Source of the DNA: Planctomycetota bacterium
GTDB taxonomy: Bacteria; Planctomycetota; Phycisphaerae; Phycisphaerales; Phycisphaeraceae
NCBI GenBank assembly: GCA_039025855.1
Contig: JBCCNL010000001.1
Coordinates: forward strand, 106,988 to 170,987
DNA length: 64,000 nucleotides
Direction of reading: 5' to 3'
Position 1 is the first letter of the stretch, and every line of letters starts with the position of its first letter. Both the position numbers and the translations under genes were made by a program. Under the pieces are notes generated by a model, which was not told where the DNA came from, did not search any database, and saw nothing but the letters and a program-made list of their open reading frames with translations. Below, piece after piece: positions 36,101 through 42,715 of the stretch.

Positions 36101-38661
36101 TCGAGATGCACGGCTCTGTCGGCCTGCTCCGCTACCGCAGCGCCGCCCGGGCCATGGCCGGCTACTGGTGGGCCACGCTCGAAGACCGCCGGCTCCGCGA
36201 ACGCCTCACCCATCAGCTCGCCGGCTTCGGCACCGTCGGCGACGTCTTCGCCTCCGCCACCCAGCAACGCGCCTACATCGACGAGCTGTCCCAACACCTC
36301 CACCGCTTCGCCGAAGGCCTCGACCTTTTCGACGCATCGCTCTCATCAGAAGCGGGCGAGTACCTCTTCTATGAGCTGACCGAACCCAAAGACGGGCTCG
36401 TGGTCAGCCCCGAAGCGGCCGAGCTGTTCGACGCCTTCAACAACCACCTCCGCGGCAACCGCTCGCTGAAAAAGTTCCGCGACTCGATCGAAGCCCTCAA
36501 CGACGCCTGGCTCGCCCGCTTCGGCCTCATCCGCGACTGGGCCCACGCCTTCCTCAGCGAGAGCGACGACTTCCCGTCCGACATCTACCGCCACTACGCC
36601 GACGAGTTGGCCCTGCTCCTGCTGCACGGCAAGCCCCCGACCGACCGCATCCACACCGCGAGCGTCCGCCGTGAGCTCGACGGGCTCATCGGCTCACACG
36701 CCGTGATCGATCAGGGCCAATACAGCCTGGACTACAACGAGTTCCTCGCCCGCCTCCGCCACTTTGCCGGCCACACCGTCCCCCGCTTCGAGGCCTACAC
36801 CCACCTGAAACAACAGCTGCTTGATGCTGCCCGCGACGAGATGCGGCTGGACGAGTTCAAGCCCAAGGTCCTCACGTCCTTCGTCCGCAACCAGCTCATC
36901 GACAAGGTCTTCCTCCCACTGATCGGCGACAACCTCGCCAAGCAGATGGGCACCGCCGGGACGGACACCCGCACCGACCGCATGGGCCTGCTCCTGCTCA
37001 TCTCCCCGCCCGGCTACGGCAAGACCACCCTCATGGAGTACATCGCCAACCGCCTCGGCGTCATCTTCATGAAGATCAACGGCCCCGCGATCGGCCACTC
37101 CGTCACCTCCATCGACCCCGCCGAGGCCACCAACGCCGCCGCCCGCGAAGAGCTCGAAAAACTCAACCTCGCCTTCGAGATGGGCGACAACGTCGTGATC
37201 TACGTCGACGACATCCAGCACACCCACCCCGAGTTCCTGCAGAAGTTCATCAGCCTGTGTGACGCCCAGCGGCGCATCGAGGGCGTGTACAAGGGCAAGA
37301 CGCGGACCTACGACTTCCGCGGGCGGAAGGTCGCCGTGGTCATGGCGGGCAACCCGTACACCGAGTCGGGCGAGCGGTTCGCGATCCCCGACATGCTCGC
37401 CAACCGGGCCGACACCTACAACCTCGGCGACATCATCGGCGACCACGCCGAGGCCTTCAAGATGTCGTACCTCGAGAACTGCCTCACCTCAAACCCCGCG
37501 CTCAACGCCCTCGCGTCCCGCAGCCAGAAAGACGTCTATGGCGTGATCAAGATCGCGGAGACCGACAGCCGCGACGGCGTCGAGTTCGAGGGCAACTACG
37601 GCCGGGACGAGCTCGACGAAATGGTCAACGTGATGAAGAAGCTCATCACCGTCCGCGACGTCATCCTGAAGGTCAACCTGCAGTACATCGCCTCGGCCGG
37701 GCAGGAAGACGCCTACCGCACCGAACCCCCCTTCCAACTCCAGGGCTCGTACCGGAACATGAACCGCATCGCCGAGCGGGTGGTCCCCGTGATGAACGAC
37801 GCGGAACTGCAAACGCTCATCTCCTCGAGCTACGAGCAGGACGCGCAGACCCTGACAACCGGTGCCGAGGCCAACCTGCTCAAGCTCCGCGAGATGTTGG
37901 GCTGGATCACCGATGAGGAGGCCGAGCGTTGGGACGACATCAAGCGGACATTTGTCCGCAACAACTCGGTCAACGCGCTAGGCGGTGACGACAAGACGGC
38001 CGCGGTGCTGACGCAGATGGCCGGCCTCAATCAGGGCCTCGGCGACATCGGCAGCGCACTGTCGACCGGCCTCGATGCTTTGAAAGATGCGGATGCATCA
38101 ACGGATGAGGCGGAACCGATCGCGATCGATCTCGCCCCGCTCGCCGAGCAGATGGCGTCGTTCGCCCAGGGGCTCACGGGTATCCGCGAAGCCATGGCGA
38201 CTGTCGCCGAACGCGCCGCGGCGCCAGTCCCACAAGCACCCAAGCCCGTACCGCAGAACGGCCCCGTCGAAGCACGTTTCGACCAGGGCACGCTCGACGC
38301 GATCCAGGCCCTCACCCAGCAGATGGCCGAGCAGGCCCGGGCCGCGCCGCACTCGCCCGCTATCAACGGCGAAGTACCCGTCTCGAACCGCCCCACCGAC
38401 GAACCGGACGACCCCCCGCACGAGATCCGCGTGATCAACAAGATCCCCGCGACGTTCCTCTACGTGATGAAGGAGCAGTTCAAGCTGATGCAGGCCTGGA
38501 TGGAGCCGCTGACCCGGATCACCGCCGACCAGGACGACCAACTCAAGCAGATGCGGGGCTCCATCCAGCAGATCGTCTCGCGGTACGACGACATGATCCA
38601 ACGGCTCGAGAAGAAGCGGGCGTCCGCCGGAGACGAGATCGATGACGACGCCGATGCTTAG
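33115..38661 (+). CDS. 1,848-aa protein: N-terminal beta-rich domain, long coiled coil, MoxR/AAA_5-type AAA+ ATPase core, helical C-terminal region
   Basis: Walker A LLLISPPGYGKTTLMEY (about 37006-37029). Walker B VVIYVDDIQH. The MoxR-like segment is VAVVMAGNPYTESGERFAIPDMLANRADTYNLGD. Heptad-rich sequence runs about 34.6-35.7 kb. Clean codon bias throughout. Confidence 0.85.
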   Translation: MAETPEATSEALPEDPTPSQGPSHDQIDQGAYEVIRRRLDTHGRDLRTRLDQLNARRKEVFGSIDFKLIDNERITTGNNCVPRDIAAVGDRFLMGFNVHFGLKSHVELDDVFAIYRFDGSTFHADDLSLLDNEDFAKDFTDLFRFYKNAKFAKFFREGPHVYMKFHVGRDVDDFKAFKWAIEGESLRYMGNRSDHEVRYPEQHDFTWTRATREMQTQGAFPHYSIEDIVFVEATGGDFTIKVEDNSNTGEGIYVEPVENADQSLDDAEIHYCVVGHIVLLKVRPYQERNFRYYIFNAKLQQVHREDSLGEACVLLPESHGLVFSRGYYLASGKYQRFPGIPDDLIFERKISAPNGEDFAFLFYHRRQGIYVILAYNLIDQSIDTPLVTNGYAFFGDGRVVFFKTPEDAEPQKHHAIQVWQTPFVGPNYVAPPGEESYLSKIGNRDIVRGMAECVEVLELLSREDLYSDLYVDLVKTTSDLLDAYFWLDHDESANLAEPLGEIKTAAEAAIGEYEKVTRIRRNTERQIAAVTREAEDLVNTNATRIYDNILVYVEALASLREVRGKTIALKELRYADLKHIDELEERVKDQTASLSQRCVDFLLDEKSLTPYQAAAEEHDAKIDSLTKATDAKELAELVQKSADELEMLIEIVGNLRIEDTTHRTEIVDNISAIFGQLNATRTRLRNKQQELGRAEGVSEFNSQLKLLNQSVVNYLDLSDDPEKTEQYLTKVMVQIEELEGRFAEFDEFVIQLTEKRDEVYTAFENRKLQLVEKRNKRADALGQAAGRILSSIKSRVDGMEQINAINSYFASDLMIDKVRDICEQLAELDDTVRVDDIQSRLKAIREDAVRQLKDRQDLQADGRNTIRFGRHVFSVNNQAVDLTTITRGGEMKLHLTGTQFFEAIEDQQLLETQDVWSQEVVSEDTTVYRAEYLAYLMHEQLTRGEPAELQALLKETDDDSDPILDAVRSFMGPRYSEGYTKGVHDADAAVLLRALLEMHGSVGLLRYRSAARAMAGYWWATLEDRRLRERLTHQLAGFGTVGDVFASATQQRAYIDELSQHLHRFAEGLDLFDASLSSEAGEYLFYELTEPKDGLVVSPEAAELFDAFNNHLRGNRSLKKFRDSIEALNDAWLARFGLIRDWAHAFLSESDDFPSDIYRHYADELALLLLHGKPPTDRIHTASVRRELDGLIGSHAVIDQGQYSLDYNEFLARLRHFAGHTVPRFEAYTHLKQQLLDAARDEMRLDEFKPKVLTSFVRNQLIDKVFLPLIGDNLAKQMGTAGTDTRTDRMGLLLLISPPGYGKTTLMEYIANRLGVIFMKINGPAIGHSVTSIDPAEATNAAAREELEKLNLAFEMGDNVVIYVDDIQHTHPEFLQKFISLCDAQRRIEGVYKGKTRTYDFRGRKVAVVMAGNPYTESGERFAIPDMLANRADTYNLGDIIGDHAEAFKMSYLENCLTSNPALNALASRSQKDVYGVIKIAETDSRDGVEFEGNYGRDELDEMVNVMKKLITVRDVILKVNLQYIASAGQEDAYRTEPPFQLQGSYRNMNRIAERVVPVMNDAELQTLISSSYEQDAQTLTTGAEANLLKLREMLGWITDEEAERWDDIKRTFVRNNSVNALGGDDKTAAVLTQMAGLNQGLGDIGSALSTGLDALKDADASTDEAEPIAIDLAPLAEQMASFAQGLTGIREAMATVAERAAAPVPQAPKPVPQNGPVEARFDQGTLDAIQALTQQMAEQARAAPHSPAINGEVPVSNRPTDEPDDPPHEIRVINKIPATFLYVMKEQFKLMQAWMEPLTRITADQDDQLKQMRGSIQQIVSRYDDMIQRLEKKRASAGDEIDDDADA

Positions 38662-38771
38662 GCCCACCGCTGCCCGCGGGGCTGTCGGCCTCGTGCGTCC
38701 GTGCCCTGCGAGCCGATATAGAATGCGTCCGCAAAACACCCTGCGGTTGCCTTGTTGATAGGAGCTCGAAC

Positions 38772-39593
38772 ATGTTCAAAGCCATCGGCCGATACTTCCG
38801 TGCACTGGGTTACCTCGTCACCGGCCGTATCGACGCCGCCCGCAGCGCCCTGTCCACCAGCCCCCACGTGGTCAACGCGACCTACGACCAGATCATCGAC
38901 GACAAGAAGAAGTCGATCCAGCAATACAAAGACGCCATCGCCCGGCTGATCGTGCAGCACGAGGGCAAGATGTCCAAGATCAAGGACGAGAGCGACTCGC
39001 TCAACCGCCTCGAACAGATGAAGGAAGGCGCCGCCGCCAAGGCCCGCTCCGTGGTGGCCGAGATGAAGGCCACCGGCGCGACGCTCGAGCAGATCAAGGC
39101 CGGCGAGGACTACCAGAAGTGCATGCTCGCCTACCAGGACTTCTCCTCGAAGATCGAAGAGAAGACCCCGCGGATCGCTGAGCTCGAATCCGATGTGAAG
39201 GAGATGGACGCGACGATCTCGGGGCACAAGCTGCAGCTCACCGAGATGCTGCGGGAGATCGAAAACCTCCGCGGCGAGCAGGCCGAGGCGGTCGCCGAGA
39301 TCATCACCGCCAAGGAGACCGCCGAGCTGAACGACATGCTCTCGGGCATCAGCAAGGACCGCACGTCGCGTGAGCTGGCCGACATGCGTCAGCTCCGCGA
39401 GGAGATGAAGGCCAAGGCCAAGGTCTCCAAGGAGCTGGCCGGCACCGACACGAAGGTGCAGGAGGACGAGTTCGTCCGGTATGCCCAGGAGAGCAAGACC
39501 TCCGATGAGTTCGACGCGTTGATCGGGCTGGCTGAAGAAGCGGACAACGCGACCCCCGACAACCCAGAGCGCGAGCCCCGGCTGCCGGAGTAG
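38772..39593 (+). CDS. PspA/IM30-family (ESCRT-III-like) protein
   Basis: N-terminal amphipathic helix MFKAIGRYFRALGYLV followed by about 230 aa of coiled coil organised like PspA (DQIIDDKKKSIQQYKDAIARLIVQHEGKMSKIK...LQLTEMLREIENLRGEQAEAVAEIITAKE). An AGGAG Shine-Dalgarno-like sequence lies 8 nt upstream of the ATG. Confidence 0.7.
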   Translation: MFKAIGRYFRALGYLVTGRIDAARSALSTSPHVVNATYDQIIDDKKKSIQQYKDAIARLIVQHEGKMSKIKDESDSLNRLEQMKEGAAAKARSVVAEMKATGATLEQIKAGEDYQKCMLAYQDFSSKIEEKTPRIAELESDVKEMDATISGHKLQLTEMLREIENLRGEQAEAVAEIITAKETAELNDMLSGISKDRTSRELADMRQLREEMKAKAKVSKELAGTDTKVQEDEFVRYAQESKTSDEFDALIGLAEEADNATPDNPEREPRLPE

Positions 39594-39648
39594 ACCACCA
39601 CTGGTCCAACTCCAGCGGGTGACGCGTGGTGCCTTTGTCCGGTCGTCG

Positions 39649-41436
39649 ATGAATACTCCCCCGCCACAACACGCCTTCTTCAGCGACCTCGCCCGCATGC
39701 TCAACGCCGGGCAGTCGCGCAGTGTCATGCTGACCGGCGAGGTCCACGACCTGTTCTACCTTGAGGCCGCCGACCGCTACGTCCCGCTGGTCCCCTACCT
39801 CTGCCGGCGATGCTCGGTCGAGGGCGTCGTCCCCCTGGTCTACGAGCTCAACGGCCCGATCCGCTGCACCAACGCCGGCGACCGCAGAACCCTCAAAGAA
39901 GCATGGGTCCGCTGGAAGACCGGCCAATCCCTCGACCAGCTCATCCTCCAATCGCTCAACGACGAGTCGGCCCGCCAGCGCCGCGAGTCCCTCGAAGAAC
40001 AGTTCGACCGACTCACCGCCGAGGCCGCCGGCCGACCCACCGCCGCCCTCGAGATGCTTCGGCAACTCACGCTCTGCTCCCGCGCACAAGCGGCACTCGG
40101 CGGCAAGCGGTTCCGGCTGCTCATCCTGGTCGAGGCCGCCGATATGCTCCTCCCCGCGGCCGACGGCGACATCACTCGGCTCAGCGCCAGCGACCGCCAG
40201 CGCGTCGCCATCTGCCAAGACTGGTTCAGCGATCCCGCCTTCATGGAGGGCGACGACAGCGTGGTACTCCTCGCCGAGTCCCGCAGCGCCATCCACCCCC
40301 GCGTCACCCGCCTGCCCCAGATGCTCACCGTCGAGGTCCCTGCCCCCGACGAGGCCCGGCGTGCCTTCTACATCGAACGCTTCACCCGCGACCGCCCGGT
40401 CAAAATCGACATGGGCACCGACGGCCTCGCCCGCCTCTCCGCCGGGCTTTCGCTGCACGCGTTGCGTCAGCTCCTGGTCGCCTCCGCCCACACCGGCACA
40501 TCCATCACCCACCACGCGGTCATCGACCTCGTCGAGCACCACATCACCAGCGCCCTCGGCGAGGGCGTCGTCGAGTTCAGCAAACCCTCGCACACCCTCG
40601 ACGATGTCGTGGGTCACCGCCGGCTGCGCGCGTTCCTCAACGACGAGCTGATCCCCCGCATCAAGTCGACCGGCGAAGACGCCCTGCCCGGCGCCGCGAT
40701 CGCCGGCCCAATCGGCTCGGGCAAGACCTTCGTCTTCGAGGCCGTCGCGGGCGGGCTCGGCCTCCCCGTCCTCGTGCTCAAGAACATCCGCAGCCAATAC
40801 TTCGGGCAGACCGACGTCATCTTCGAGAAGCTCCGACGCGTCCTCGAAGCGCTCGGCAAGGTCATCCTGTTTGTCGACGAGGCCGACACCCAGTTCGGCG
40901 GCGTCGGCGGCGACGCCCACCCCACCGAACGCCGGCTCACCGGCAAAATCCAGGCTTTGATGAGCGACCCCAAGCTCCGCGGCCGAGTCGTCTGGCTGCT
41001 CATGACCGCACGCATCGAACGCCTCAGCCCCGACATCCGACGCCCCGGCCGAGTGGGCGACCTCATCATCCCCGTGCTCGACCCCGCCCCGGGCAGCGAC
41101 GATCGCCGCGACTTCCTCCGCTGGGTCCTCAAGGGCGTCTTCGACCACCCCGACGACGCACTCCTCAATGAACTCGACCAGCTCACCCCCGGCTACTCCG
41201 CCGCCGCCTTCGCCGCCCTCCGCTCACTGCTCAAAGCCAAGGCCGCCGCGCAAGGCCAGCTCGACGCCGCCACCATCCGTGAGGTCGTCGCCGACGTCAT
41301 CCCCGCCGACATCGGCGACCAACGCGAACGCCAGACCCTCCAGGCCCTGCTCAACTGCACCCGCCGATCACTCCTGCCCGACCCGGACATCGACGAGTCC
41401 ACCCGCGAGGCGTGGCGGCGAGCCCTCGGCCAGTGA
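39649..41436 (+). CDS. Tandem AAA+ ATPase: degenerate N-terminal module plus classical-clade C-terminal AAA module
   Basis: C-terminal module: Walker A IAGPIGSGKTFV (about 40705-40728), Walker B VILFVDEAD (about 40861-40887), and second region of homology SPDIRRPGRVGDLIIPVLDP. The N-terminal module has a Walker-B-like FRLLILVEAADML but no GKT P-loop (VMLTGEVHD). The track start GTG is at 39619; I prefer the ATG at 39649. Confidence 0.85.
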   Translation: MNTPPPQHAFFSDLARMLNAGQSRSVMLTGEVHDLFYLEAADRYVPLVPYLCRRCSVEGVVPLVYELNGPIRCTNAGDRRTLKEAWVRWKTGQSLDQLILQSLNDESARQRRESLEEQFDRLTAEAAGRPTAALEMLRQLTLCSRAQAALGGKRFRLLILVEAADMLLPAADGDITRLSASDRQRVAICQDWFSDPAFMEGDDSVVLLAESRSAIHPRVTRLPQMLTVEVPAPDEARRAFYIERFTRDRPVKIDMGTDGLARLSAGLSLHALRQLLVASAHTGTSITHHAVIDLVEHHITSALGEGVVEFSKPSHTLDDVVGHRRLRAFLNDELIPRIKSTGEDALPGAAIAGPIGSGKTFVFEAVAGGLGLPVLVLKNIRSQYFGQTDVIFEKLRRVLEALGKVILFVDEADTQFGGVGGDAHPTERRLTGKIQALMSDPKLRGRVVWLLMTARIERLSPDIRRPGRVGDLIIPVLDPAPGSDDRRDFLRWVLKGVFDHPDDALLNELDQLTPGYSAAAFAALRSLLKAKAAAQGQLDAATIREVVADVIPADIGDQRERQTLQALLNCTRRSLLPDPDIDESTREAWRRALGQ

Positions 41437-41545
41437 TCACGACCGGTTCAATCCCTCAACCGCACTTCCGCAGCGCACCGGCCACCACCCCACCGCCGGC
41501 GACAAGTCTGCCATGATGTAGCGTCCTCTCCTCAGGACTCTTCCC

Positions 41546-42712
41546 ATGAAAATCACCGATGTCAAAGTCTGGCTCGTCCGCGGCGTCAAATACAACTGGA
41601 CCCTCCTCAAGGTCTACACCGACACCGGACACACCGGCGTCGGCGAAGCCACCAACTGGCCCGGCTCACCCATCATCGAGGCCGCCGCTAAGCACGTCGG
41701 GCAGCGCGTCATCGGGCTCGACCCCATGCGCACCGACTTCATCTGGACCAAGCTCTACCGCGACCTCAACTGGATCGGGCCCTACGGCGCCAGCCTCTGC
41801 GCCATCTCCGGCCTCGACATGGCCCTGCTCGACCTCAAGGGCAAAGTCCTCGGCACCCCCTGCTACCAACTCCTCGGCGGTGCCTACCGCACCGAGCTCC
41901 TGCTCTACGCCAACTACTGGTTCGATCGCGGCGAACACACCCCCGAGGACTACGCCAAGCAGGCCCAGGCCGTGGTCGACGCCGGCTTCACCGGGCTCAA
42001 GTTCGACCCCTTCGCCCACACCAACTACCTCTACGGCGACCACCTCTCCGACAACCTCACCCTCACCCCCGCACAACAAGACCTCGCCTACAACCTCACC
42101 GCCGCCGTCCGCGAAACCGTCGGCCCCGACTTCGAGATGATGATCGAGACCCACGCCATGCTCAACGGTGACATCGCCGTCAAGATGGCCGAACGCCTCG
42201 GGCCCCTCGGCGTCACCTGGTACGAAGAACCCGCCGGCCCCGAGAGCGCCGAGACCCTCGCCGCCCTCCGAAGGCGCCTGCCCAGCAATATCCCCATCAC
42301 CGTCGGCGAACGCCACTACACCCGCCACGCCTTCCGACCCATCTTCGAGAAGCACGTCTGCGATGTCGTCATGCCCGACGTCACCCGCTGCGGCGGTCCC
42401 TCCGAACTCAAGCGCATCGCCACCATGGCTGAGGCCTACAACGTCCTCATCGCTCCGCACAACCCCAACGGCCCGCTCTGCACCCTCGCCAGCGCCCACG
42501 TCTGCGCGTCGATCCCCAACTTCTTCCGCTGCGAGTTCATGTTCATGGACGTCCCGTGGCGCGACACCGTCATCGACCACCCCCTCGACGTCCGCGACGG
42601 CAAGCTCCACCTCTCCGATCGCCCGGGCCTCGGCGTCGACCTCGTCGAAGACGAGATGGAAAAACACCCCGGCGTCCGCGACGTCAGCGAGATCCACAAC
42701 TTCTACGTCTGA
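41546..42712 (+). CDS. Enolase-superfamily enzyme (mandelate racemase/muconate lactonizing family; sugar-acid dehydratase or cycloisomerase-like)
   Basis: MKITDVKVWLV...LLKVYTDTGHTGVGEAT...ISGLDMALLDLKGKVLGTPCYQLLGG...MIETHA...WYEEP... Confidence 0.85.
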   Translation: MKITDVKVWLVRGVKYNWTLLKVYTDTGHTGVGEATNWPGSPIIEAAAKHVGQRVIGLDPMRTDFIWTKLYRDLNWIGPYGASLCAISGLDMALLDLKGKVLGTPCYQLLGGAYRTELLLYANYWFDRGEHTPEDYAKQAQAVVDAGFTGLKFDPFAHTNYLYGDHLSDNLTLTPAQQDLAYNLTAAVRETVGPDFEMMIETHAMLNGDIAVKMAERLGPLGVTWYEEPAGPESAETLAALRRRLPSNIPITVGERHYTRHAFRPIFEKHVCDVVMPDVTRCGGPSELKRIATMAEAYNVLIAPHNPNGPLCTLASAHVCASIPNFFRCEFMFMDVPWRDTVIDHPLDVRDGKLHLSDRPGLGVDLVEDEMEKHPGVRDVSEIHNFYV

Positions 42713-42715
42713 CCC

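Noticed and set aside
31491-41148. Long minus-strand ORFs opposite the flotillin, giant ATPase and AAA+ genes: 31491..32795, 33043..34071, 35125..35796, 38658..39728, 39349..41148.
   Set aside because: They have G/V/D/E/L-rich low-complexity translations antisense to well-supported genes. They show no motifs and no plausible starts.
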